Assembly: GCA_051453625.1 (NCBI GenBank)
Contig: JBOZIK010000001.1
Location: 16,131,984 to 16,164,666 of the forward strand
Direction: 5' to 3'
Source: Welwitschia mirabilis
Lineage: Eukaryota
DNA: 32,683 nt
The notes beneath the pieces were generated by a model, which did not search any database, was not told where the DNA came from, and worked only from the letters and a program-made list of their open reading frames with translations. A program made the translations under genes and the position numbers. Shown piece by piece: positions 10,630 to 22,244 of this stretch. Numbering within the stretch: the first letter of the stretch is position 1; each line of letters starts with the position of its first letter.

Positions 10630-13600
10630 AGACTCTTAGGGCTACTAATTATTATTGATCCTTAATTTCCTTCTTTAAATTAGAACCCTTGGATAATTTT
10701 CTATATCTTTATTTAGAGTATCAATGTAATATCTTTAATGATTATATGGATTTCATTTAAGAAAGAGTCAAAAACATCAATCTTGGTATTTCATGAGGAC
10801 GAATGTCTATACATGCTTTATTGAGTGTCATCCCTTAAGATTTATGAATTGTTAATTCCCATGCAAGTTTGAGAGGTAGTTTTTTTTACTTGATATCTAT
10901 AGAACAAGATGATGGGGATTGTATTTCCACTTGATTCATTGAAAGGTACTCCGATGTAGGTATTGAATTCAACCATGACATAAGTTAGAAGATCAGGTTG
11001 ATTCTTTCTTAAATAATAAACTATTAATTTAATAACACCCAAAGACTCATTTACTAATCTAACTTTAGGCTAAATTTTCATAGTCAACATGACCCTAGCT
11101 CCTTAACCAAAAAGAAGCTCTATTTCTAATTCACATTCACCATCATCATATCTAACTAAATCTTGTGTCTTATCTACTGTACATCATGTAATAAGTGATT
11201 GTATTTGAATTAAGCACTTTCTCCTATAAGAGGAACTCATATCATTCTAAAAAATAGATGAACTAAATCTTGAAAAGCATCCATTCCATTGGATGTGAAA
11301 GAAAGTTTAAAGTTGTTATTAGAAATTCATAATCATCATCTAAAGCTTTACTATCTCTTACATTGCTTAATACATTTCAAAATCTTTCATCATCCTTTTG
11401 TCTATAGACTACATCTAATATAGTAACAATATCAAATGACCTCCATATTGCCTTCATTTCCTCACTACCACTATATGGTAGACAATCCTTCATTAGAGGT
11501 AATTGTGAGAGATCGCCTATTAATATAATAGATCTTACACTAAAACTCTTGTGTCGCTGAGCCAGAAATATATCTTTAAGCCTTTTTTTAATATTAAGTA
11601 ACATTTAATACCTATAAAACTCATCTCACCAAAAATGGTGTACTTGAAATTTTTCAGCAATTCTTAAAGATGTAGTAATTCTCTTAATAAATCAATCTCA
11701 TAGTCACTAATCTTAATACCTAATGCTAAATGTATTATCATCATCTTAATATTGTATGCTATGGCTTAAGTTGATGATAGCACCATAGTAATACCTGTGT
11801 TGTTTGGACACATATTCTTAAATTCATTCTTATAGCATAAATAAGAAAATATTTTCTTAATCCTATTATTCCTTAGATTATCATGTTTAGAGGTTGGGTG
11901 TCTTCTTGTTCAAGTTCTTGCAGCACCTAATGAGATATGATTATGTTGAAGAATTTTTTAAATTTATACCAAATCTATATAGGCTACTAATTTGATTTGT
12001 TTTATCTTGGACCAATAAATTATGTGATGTCTATTACTTTGAATAAAAGATATGGAATATTTTGTAAAGTCTTCCCCTTTATAGTTTACAGAACAATTAC
12101 ATTACTTATCAAGATCATGTAAGTCAAGCATGTCATGTTCACTTCTTTGAAGTAGGCCTTCATTTAGAATATGTCTCATTAATACTTAATAATCATTTTC
12201 ATAATGTTCCACATGTAATGGTTTCATGTCTTCATGTTAATCCTCATCACCAGTTGCACATTTGAAATCATCATCATGTAATGGACTACATTACTCATAC
12301 ATATGTGAAATAGACATCCATTTAGCCTTCATTTCTTCATATATGTTTCATAAATGATTTTTTTAATCTCTAAATAGATAATGAAGAAGTAGCTAAGCTT
12401 AATAATAAATAATCCATTTACCATCATCTCTATTGAATTGCACACAAAGTCTATGAATTTCTCTAACAATTGCATGTTTCTTTCTCGGATGTTAAACATC
12501 ATCTTATATTTTCCTTGGGTTAAATACATAATATTTTACATAATTAAATAATGATATGTGTTTCATATGCAATGGTATATTTGGATATTGATCTATCGAT
12601 GTGGTATACATACTTTCATATACAACATGGCTTTGTCTCACTTTTTTATAGGCCTTCTTAGATACATTAAGTGGTATAAATACCTTGCTACTTTCAATCA
12701 AGGAAAGTCCTTGTAACATGTGTCATATTTCCATAGCTCTAATACCATGACCTACTGTAGTATTTATCATTACTCTTTTTTAAGCTGAAATGGTAGGATA
12801 ATTGGAACCACTATTTTGTGATAACTTTATTAATGTTTAAAATATGACTTTGATTTCTTATCAGACTTTTAGGCATAATTTTTAATATATTATATAATAA
12901 CATATTTATTAAGGATAGTTTGAAAGTCTATATTCACTAGCAAAGTTTGTGAAATCATTTTATTATGAACATTTAACCTATTATCATTTCTCCTTGACTT
13001 AGATTTCTTCTTGTTATTTTCATTTATATGTAAATTAGAATTAGAAGGTTGAAGATCCCTTAGAATATTATATCTACATGAATTAATAAATATTAGTATC
13101 TATAGTTTGAAGATACTTATTATGTTAAAAGTATAGTAGTATGTTAGTACCTATAAATTTGTCATCAATTTCATATTCTTCAACATACTCCAGGCTTACA
13201 AATTATATGTCTTTGAATACTATTTAATAAGGTTGAATAATATTGCTCTATTTTCATATGTTTGAGATCCTCTTTTCATAATTAATATGGATGAAGATCC
13301 ATGTTTTCTCTTGGGGCATATAGAAGAGAAAAATATTATAAAAAATAAAATAGTGTAATTAACTAAACATGTAATAAAGAAGATATAACTTTTTATAATA
13401 AATGAAGATATAACTTTTAGTTACAACATTGAGTCTATCATAGTCATCAAATCTATTATTTCATGTATGCATGATGGAATAAAAAATCTCTTAGAATTTG
13501 TAACTATTATATCATCACTTCAATTAAGTTGTTCCATGTTAGAAGCTACTTTTATTCATAGAAATTGATGTACACATGAAGAACCTCTATGTTGCCACTC

Positions 13601-15631
13601 AAATTGTGTCTAGTAGTCTACAACATTAAATTCCTTCATTAGAATTTTCTTAATAAAGTTTTAATAATCGTTATACATGTACTATGACATAATGTTTGGT
13701 TTCTTAATGATGTTTTCAAATTACCATCATCTAGATTTAGGCAGATATTATGGTTGTTCACAAGGCATAATATCATATAGATTAGATTAATATAAATTTA
13801 TAGCACTTAAAGTAAAGAATATTGTAGGAGTTTCAAGATAGGTAACCATATCTAACAGCTCATGTTTGCTTTTTTCCAATAAAAAGGTGTGCCTCTTAAA
13901 GCTCTTTTACATCTCATTAAGTTCTCTCTTATTTTTGTTCATGGACAATTATTCATTTGTTTGTGTAATTCATCTATCATAGGTAGTACATCATCTATGT
14001 TCCTTTTGAAAAATACTATAGTAGATCTAAGTGCCCTGTGTCTCATAATTATGTTGAAAATACAATAACTAAATGGAAAAATAAAATTTAAAGGGCTTAA
14101 AATTTGTTTCATTAAATTCATCAAAGAATAAATCAAATGAGAAATTACTTAGCAAAATCTTAGACGAGGACTAAATCTTTCATCTTTGTATCTTAAAATA
14201 TGCTTTGCAAACTTATGTATCTTAACATCCTTAGCTTTTCATATGAGAGTATAACATTTATATAAAGGAAAAAATGATGAAAATAACATTGATAGCATAC
14301 TTCTAGTGTTAAATAAATTAACCAATAACTCTCCTAGCAATGGTCATTGAGAACTTGTAAATGAATTGTTATATGAGTGTTTTTAACTAATTCTTTATAG
14401 CATCAAGTTCTCTTTCAAGTTAAGAACATCAAGAATGACTGATAATGTGGGCTAAACAATATTAGACTCTTCTATTTTTAGAATTAGACCATCAAAATGT
14501 AGCTTTATTTTTACTTCCTCTTAACTGAAAGTAATGTCTCGAAGCATATAAAAGAAAATTAACATCTTGATCATTACTAATATCATCTAAGGCATGCATA
14601 TATATCTCAACATCTTAATAGAAAGGATCATTTTCATTCTTAAAGCATAAGGCATGATAAATGCACATATTATTTACAATTAAATTATATTTTGTGCTAA
14701 TTTGATTCCTTCTCTTTAAAATAAGTACTAGTATTTATGTAGTTTTATAGGGTAAAACCATAACAATATATGATACATCTTGTGAAAAGTTTATTGTGTG
14801 CCCTTAATATACTAATTAATCACCAGTTGCATGTATAACTTGAAGCAATGAATTTATCCTTGAAATGAACATCTATTCAACCTATGTAACATGTGATAAA
14901 ATAAGTGACTGAAGCCTTAGATCCATGTCATTCAAAGTATAGAAAAATTTAATTTATTTTTCATTAGTTGTAATGCCTTCCTTTTTCTCATATTGACACT
15001 ATTTATAGGTAGGTTCATGTTTATCTTATGCTAACTTTATAGACTAATACATCTCATTATAAATTGTGCATGATCTTAGTTATGCAAATACTCATATTTC
15101 TCTTCAAAATGTCTTAATTTTTTTAGNNNNNNNNNNAACATCCTCTCTCATAATCTCTTTTTATCACCTTATGTACTCTTGTATTTTTGTTAATAATAAA
15201 GAACTTTGTGTATTAAACATGTAACTTGTAGATGTCATACCATTGTTTATTGATTGATCATTGACTCCTAATAAGAGGGTTATTTTCATAGGCATGTCTT
15301 TCATTTGTTGATTTAATTCTTGCACTATATGATTATTTAAGTATTACATTATAATACCAGATGATATAGCACTATGTTTAGAATCTACATTGTTCATGTT
15401 ATTTATGAACATAAAAAAAAGTGATGTTGTTTCAAAGCTAGTTTTGAGATAATAATAAAGCTATAAACCAAAATAACTCATACCTTCTAGATTATTATTA
15501 TCATTCATATCATTACATATGTTTTAAGAGTTTATTGAGTAAGTAGTTTTTCCACAAAGTCTTTTCCTCTCATGATATCTTCTTTACCTTTCATGATTTA
15601 GAGCTTGTTGGTGTTCAATCTTAGAATCCAT
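10630..15631 (-). pseudogene. Near-full-length decayed rolling-circle Rep-helicase: DUF6570-like domain, HUH Rep and Pif1 helicase (Helitron2/Helentron-like, no AP endonuclease seen)
   Basis: Minus strand: possible start MDSKIEHQQALNHER*RRYHERKR at 15631; GHTINFSQDVSYIVMVLP at about 14750-14803; FNIIMRHRAL; LRGTPFYWKKSKHELLDMVTYLETPTIFFTLSA (Rep motif 1, about 13802-13900); FEWQHRGSSCVHQFL (motif 2, 13560-13603); RNDNRLNVHN...NIDFQTIL...YIKNYA (motif 3, 12872-12889); MLQGLSLIESSKVFIPLN; helicase GIIGLRKYFLI, IFGEMSFIG, ILIGDLSQLP, LDVVYRQ, LAWELTIHKS*GMTLNKA. Many stops. Confidence 0.9.
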
Positions 15632-15899
15632 TTTAGAGAAATGAAAATTAATATAAAACAGTACATTTAGAAAATGAACATATTGAAATGATGAACTAAA
15701 TTTAAAAATATTTTAAAAACTTAATTTTAAAAATTAATATCAAAAAAGACAAGACATAATTTAAAAAACTCTTTTTTATAAAAACCTTCTTTAAAACTAC
15801 TTATTTAATAATATTCTTAAGTTTAAAAAACCTAATTTTGTGATAAACTTAGTTTATGAAAAACTTAATGTTTAAAAGCTTAATATAAAAATAAATGAA

Positions 15900-17165
15900 C
15901 TAATGAAAAGAACTTAATGTAAAAAAACCTAAATTTAGAAAATAAGCTTAATTTTAAAAGGCTTAAATTATAAAAATCTAATTTTAAAATATAGTTAGAT
16001 TTTAAAAAATATTAATTTAAGCATAGCTAATTTAATAATATGGCTCCTTTTATAGGGTAAATATGGCCCTATTAAGATAGCTTTTCCATTTAAATTTAGG
16101 CTTTTATTTTTTAATTACGAAATTATTTTCATTAAATACTAGTTTGTACTTAAAAAAACTGACATTATACCTAATAATAAACTTAATCTAAGAAAATGAC
16201 TTTTTAAAAAATAAACATAATTTAGACATACTTATGTAAAAAAAAAATCTAAAAAAACTAAGATTAATTTAAAAAGATACTTATATTTTATAAAATTTAA
16301 TCCAAGAATATATAATTTAAGAATGTGGCCTCCTTTTATAGGATGAATGTGGCCCCATTAATTTAGATTTTTCATTTTAAAAATTAGGATTTTATTTTTT
16401 AAATAAGAACTTATTTTAATTAAATATTAATTTTACTTAAAAAAGTAACATTGTACAAATTAGTGAACTCAATATAAGAAACTTACTTAAAAAAATAAAT
16501 TTAGAAACACTTATTAAAAAAATCTAAAAAAGTTAGTTGTATGGAAAGCATGCCATGCTAAAGGCACTTACGACTAGATAACGCCAGTTGTATATAAGCA
16601 TGAATTGGAACCTTTATTATTTTTGTTGCCTTATTCATTCTAAGAAAAATAGAGGAAGTGTCAAAATAGAATGGGGTTAGATGACACATTACATAAAGAG
16701 CTGATATATTAAAAAAAACCTCATGTATAAAACGTTAATATAAAAAATAAACTTCATATAACAAACAAACCTAATATATAAAATTTAATTTAAAAAACTT
16801 AAATTTACAAAGTTTTAAGAAAACCTAATCTAAGAAAAATAAACTTAATATAGAAAATAAAAATTGAATTTAAAAAAATACTTATATTTAAAAAATCTTA
16901 ATTTCGAAAAAAAAACCAATTTAAGAATGTGACCTCCTTTGATAAGATAAATGTGGCCATCGGTGAACTGAGTGGCTCCCACTCGGTAGTCGATCTACAC
17001 TCTGGTTCTGCTACCATTAACCTAACCAGGCTTTTTTTAAAAAATAAGAACTTATTTTTATTAAATACTAATTTGCATTTGAAAAAGATAATACTATATA
17101 AAAAAAGTAAACATAATATAAGAAACTAACTTTTGAAAAATAAACTAAATTTTAAAACACTTATG
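15900..17165 (+). repeat. AT-rich degenerate array with three related units of about 290 bp
   Basis: Core TGG(C)CTCCTTTTATAGG.T.AAT.TGGCC(C) at about 16041, 16325 and 16930, each followed by similar TTATTTT.ATTAAATA.TA and AAACACTTAT stretches. Confidence 0.75.
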
Positions 17166-17361
17166 AATGTTTCCTATAAAGAGTTAGAAAATTCACTAAA
17201 TATAGAAAATGCACTAAATCTAATGCAATAAAAAGTATGACATAATCTTGTTTTACTTCTTTTTTTCTTCTTAAATAATAATGAAAATTTTGAAAAAAAA
17301 AAGCACTCTGAATAATCATTTCTTATTTACACATGAATTGTAATTTAAAAAAAAAAGTTAC

Positions 17362-17501
17362 TCATAGTACACTATAGAATCTAAAAAATAAAATCATAAA
17401 TGTATAAATAAAAACCAATTCATTTTTTGATTTACTTGGGAAAAAATAAAATAAAAAGATGAAAAATATCATTGCCTTAATCATAGTACACTATAGAATC
17501 T
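17362..17501 (+). repeat. 21-bp exact direct repeat
   Basis: TCATAGTACACTATAGAATCT at 17362-17382 and 17481-17501. Confidence 0.85.
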
Positions 17502-18552
17502 TATTTAAAAAATTTTTAAATAAAAAAGGAGATTTCAAATACAAATCCCTTTAAAAGTGTTGATAATGGTTAAAACATAATAAGACCAATAATATGAAAT
17601 AAGAAGTTCAAAACCCATAAAGTACATTTACTACTTGAATGTTGTCTTTATGAAGTTTCTAAATTAAAGAAGGAGAGAACTTATAAAGACAAAAATGTGT
17701 CATTGTATAAGTCTTTATCATCCAACACATTATTCTATGAGTAGGGTATGCACTTTTTAATGACAATGTTAGCACAGAAGATATAATAGTGTGAGTATTT
17801 TGTTTTACTATAGGTAAATTTTTAAAGTTAATGCAAAGAGATTCTATCCCAAGGAAAACATGAGAAATATCAAACAAAAAACAAAAGGCATGCTAAGCAC
17901 AATCTTCTTATTATAAACATACTTCATGTTTTAAGTATTGTAAAACTACTCTTTCTTATTTTATTGAAGAAGCCAAAACAAAAGAGCAAGGATATTCAAG
18001 CTAAGGAGAAGGTAACATAAGGGAAAAAGAATTCAAAATCCTTACTAAATTTTATGCCTTATAAGAAAATTAATTTTTTACTACTAATCATCTATAAGTA
18101 AAATTTAAACTAGGACAAATACATATTCAAAGGGTCTAGTAGACATTTTGGAAAGTTTTTTCTTTTAATATTTCTTTCAGCTATGCTTTATGAGGTTTGT
18201 AAAATTATTCTGATGGATTTGTTACACTTTCTAGTATCCCTTTAAAGGTAATGTCATTCTCTACAAATTGAAAAATCTTTAAAAATGCAAAAAGTTTGCC
18301 TCATGAGAGACCTACTTTCTTAGCATTCAATGTGCAAGGGAGGTAAAGTATGTTAGACTCATTGAGAAGTTCTCTCTTTCTTCTTACAAAACCCATGGTA
18401 AAATGAAACTAAAGTCAATGGTGCATCCATAGTAGAACTTGTTCAAAGAGCTAGGTTTATATACAAATCATTAAAAAAGGATGATAAAATCTCAAAAATT
18501 AATATTTAAGAAAGACAATAAATATAAAGCAATCTTTAAACTTTTCATACCA

Positions 18553-18565
18553 TAGTATCAGAGCC
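18553..18565 (+). promoter_or_regulatory. tRNA-Met primer binding site with one G>A change
   Basis: TAGTATCAGAGCC directly after ...CATACCA (probable LTR end at 18552); consensus is TGGTATCAGAGC. Confidence 0.7.
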
Positions 18566-19118
18566 TTGGAGAAACTTCGTTCATCATTAAGTCTTAAACA
18601 ATTCTTCAGAGCAATTTCTTTAGAGCACTTTCATCACCTATTCATTGAGTGATTTATTTAGAGCATTTTGATTACACTTTGATTATGTGCACTTGTCTAA
18701 GCCTTTTTATACAGTGAATACGTCCCAATATGAAAATTAGTTTATAGTTTTCAAAATAAAAATATCATAATAATATTAAAAACTATTTCTTAAAATTTAT
18801 TAGATTTTCCATTTTAAAATTTACTAGGTTGAGTATTTTAGAAGTTATTACATTTTTCATTTCAAAGTTTATTAGGTTTGCCATTTCCAATTTATTACAT
18901 TTACTGTTTCAAAATTAATTAGGTTTGTTATTTCAAAAGTTAGTTACATCTTTTTAACTGAAAATATAATTTTAAGGTAAAAACTATTTTTTAAAAATAG
19001 TTTAAAAAACATAACATTATCATGGACATATCAATGGCTTAGGATTGACCTCTTAGCTAAAAAAATATATATTCCAAGATTTAGGATATAACCTACATGT
19101 AACTTAGATAGTTTCTAG

Positions 19119-19291
19119 AACATCTTTAGAAGGAGACTAATCACCTTGCTAACATCCTTAGGAGGAAACTAATCATCTTAGATAATGTAATATTAGTTCT
19201 TATTAATTAAATTCTCTTAGATACTATCCCAATATTCATGATTAGGGTTATCTCTTACATGTAACAATTAGGGTTATCTCTCACATGTAAC
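19119..19291 (+). repeat. Two short tandem duplications in the retroelement leader
   Basis: 32-bp unit twice (19119-19182, AACATC.TTAG.AGGA.ACTAATCA.CTT) and 26-bp unit twice (19241-19291, ATTAGGGTTATCTCT.ACATGTAAC). Confidence 0.8.
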
Positions 19292-20019
19292 TCAAGTCAT
19301 AATTTAGACAACCTTGAGCCTATGTATCTAGATATGTATGTGGTAAAACACATTATAAATTAAAAAAAAGAAGTACTTCTTATTTTACAATGTAATTTAA
19401 AGGTTGTAGAAAAAGCATAGAAGTGGAATGGATAATAATAAGCTAAAACAAAAGAATAAAACTATGATGCCACTATTTCATAGTTACTAACTTCTACATA
19501 ATCACTAGTTAGTGGATGATATAGAAATTTTATGTAAGATATCATAGTATTGTAAAATATTATTATAGAAGTAAGTACCTACAATGTGATAAGAGATTTA
19601 GGATGATCAAACTAGTATAACATATCTTATTTTATACTACTATAAAAACTATAATAATTATCATTTCCTTATGGAGATTCATATAAGTTAAAATGGAAAA
19701 ATCATCCTTACTTTTCCTAAAAGTCTTAATGAAATAGGTAATCTAATTTAAAAATACTCATTTTATGTTATGTTAAATCAGTAGAGGATAGTCTAAAATA
19801 GTTCATAGAAATGCAAATAACCTATAATAGTAAACAACCTAAAAATAACACTCAAATGGATCGAACTCTTTAATTTCTAGAATAATAGATGAATTAGCTT
19901 TCCAAAATTTATTTTTCAACATGATAAAATTTAGAATTGTTATAAAACAATAATAAGTTATAATAGTAAATGCTATCTCACTTAAAAGTAGTAATTAAAT
20001 AAACAAATATATCTAACCA

Positions 20020-20710
20020 TCTAAAAAATACTCCTTTATACCCAAGCCTCGATATTAATTTATCATAAAGCCTAGAAAGAATTAAGAAGATAATATAGAA
20101 ATATATATGTATGAATAACTTCAAAATCCCTATTCGTTAGGCATCTTACACCTTTAGGAAAGAAATAACTTAAAGAAGAAATAATAAAAGTTTTTAAGGA
20201 AGTGAAAACCAACTCTTCTATTGGATGTTAATAAGAACATACCTTCATATGTAAAATTTCTTAAATAGATGTATACATAAATAGAATGAATTGTTATCTC
20301 AATACTTGGGTATCATAGTTCAAAAAAAAAATTCCACTAAAGTTTAAATATCATAATTTCACAATAATTTTATATATCATAAGCAAAAAGAAATCAATAA
20401 AGCTCTATTCTATTTGTAAGCTAGTGTAAAATTAGTAACATGTAAATTATGAAAAGAACTTTTGTTGAAAAGACTATAAAAAGCTAGAATAACTATGCAA
20501 CTTGCTAATTGCTCAACATAAATTCTCATAAGGATAGTAGAACATGTCCTAGTGTAAGTTGACAATGTCTACTAAATAGTTAACTCTGTGTATTTATATA
20601 TGAAAGATAATCTAAGACAATTTTTTCTTATCTTTGGAATACCATTCATAATCACCTATAACTCTTTAAGCAACTATGAAAACAAGGTAGTAAAAATGTC
20701 ATTCAAAAAA
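20020..20710 (+). pseudogene. Decayed gag C-terminus and aspartic protease, Athila-like Ty3/gypsy
   Basis: EEIIKVFKEVK...NIPSYVKFLK; IVQKKIPLKFK; KALFYL*ASVKLV (compare ALCDLGASVNLM); ITMQLANCST*ILIRIVEHVLV*VD; LIFGIPFII (compare ILGRPFLA). Confidence 0.8.
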
Positions 20711-20750
20711 TATAAATACAAAGTTGTAACTTGTTAATGTGATGATAAAA

Positions 20751-21051
20751 TGTAATATCCCAACTTTAATTACCCTAATTAACCATAATATTTTTTTGTA
20801 ATATTTTTTTAATATAGTTATTAAATATCATGCACAATGGAATCTAGGATTAAATCCTATTTAGACTCTATTAATACATTATAAGATTTAAAATAATTAG
20901 AAAACACAATTATTACTTAACCATAGACNNNNNNNNNNNNNNNNNNNNNNNNNNNNNNNNNNNNNNNNNNNNNNNNNNNNNNNNNNNNNNNNNNNNNNNN
21001 NNNNNNNNNNNNNNNNNNNNNNNNNNNNTTTATTGATTATAGGGTTACACA
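20751..21051 (+). mobile_element. Nested LTR insertion with Tekay-like termini, interior lost in gap 20929-21028
   Basis: Starts TGTAATATCCC and ends ...AGGGTTACA(CA). Flanks TAAAA and TAAAT may be a decayed 5-bp TSD. Athila-like pol resumes downstream. Confidence 0.55.
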
Positions 21052-21329
21052 TAAATTCTCTCTAAAAAAAGGATTTTTATTAGAATTGATATCAAAAATG
21101 TTTTAGATAGTTTAGAAACTCTATTAATTAAATCTTACAAAATGTGGGTTATAACATAAAACTATATGAATCATATAGAAAATGTTGATTTCATTAAAAT
21201 TAATAAAAATGAATTTTTAATTCTTTTATAATCCTTTGAAGATCATTTCACTATGTGCATCCCATAAAGAATTAGTTCTTTCCATCCATAAGAATTTCAA
21301 ACCTAAGCCATCAAAATAGAAAGTCAAAT

Positions 21330-21567
21330 TATAACCTTTACCACATGAACCATTAAAACACCCTTTTATTATAGAGTTTTATTCTAACTTTTAACTTAGA
21401 CATATTCTTAAATATTTAAACTATACATGTTTGAAAGCTAATAATTCATATAATACAGCTATCTCTATAAAATTATAAAGTTCACAAAAACAATCCTTAT
21501 TTTTGTGCTTAAACAACATAAGAAGGCTATAAGATGGACTATATTTGGTTTAGAAGGTATCAACCAA

Positions 21568-21627
<60 letters not shown>

Positions 21628-22110
21628 AATACCACTTGTAAGAAAATGCTAAGACTAAATATAAAACCTTAATGTAAACTTAATCCACATATGAAAGAAG
21701 TAGTAATGAAAGAAGTCCTTCAGATACTAAACACTAATTATCTCATTCAATTTCTAAGAGTCAATGAATAGCATCAAGTAAATTATTCTAAAAAAGTTTG
21801 GAATTGCTATAGTTAAAAATGAAAATGATGAAATAATGCCACTTAGAGTAAAAGTATGATGGTACATTTGCATTGACTATAACAAATTCAACATCATGAC
21901 TTATAAGGATAATTTTCCTTTGTCTTTTTAAGACAAACTATTGAAAATATTAGTAACTCATGAGTGTCACTATTTCTTAGATAGATGTTTAAGACATAAC
22001 CACATAGAAACTTGCCTTGAATATTAAGCAAAGGCAATTTTTACATGATCTTTTGGAATATTTTCATATAAATAGATGTCTTTTGGTTTATATACTGCCA
22101 TAGTAATAAC
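21330..22110 (+). pseudogene. pol: Decayed N-terminal half of reverse transcriptase, Athila-like Ty3/gypsy
   Basis: VLKQHKKAIRWTIFGLEGIN; LNPHMKEVVMKEVLQIL; KKFGIAIVKNENDEIMPLR; WYICIDYNKFNIMTYKDNFPLSFLDKLL; YFLD; FT*SFGIFSYK*MSFGLYTA. Breaks off before the YxDD motif. Confidence 0.9.
21571..21622 (+). repeat. (AC)26 microsatellite
   Basis: 52 bp of perfect AC repeat read directly. Confidence 0.97.
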
Positions 22111-22244
22111 ATTCTTAAATTCAGCATTTAAAGACAAATGTTGTATTACTTTTACCATGCAATCTAGTTCAAAAAAGGTCATTTTACACTTAACAAATAT
22201 TATATGGAAAAAAAGTTTTAATGCAATTTTCATGAATTTTTAAA

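Noticed and set aside
13100-13150. GT-AG intron in the Rep domain
   Set aside because: Only 51 bp, and its ends look like a local duplication (TATAGGTACTAACAT and TATAGATACTAATAT); it cannot be supported.
17362-17501. CRISPR-like repeat-spacer
   Set aside because: Only two repeats, a 98-bp A-rich spacer and a eukaryotic transposon context.
19241-19291. Telomere-like TTAGGG
   Set aside because: Only two isolated occurrences inside a 26-bp duplication.
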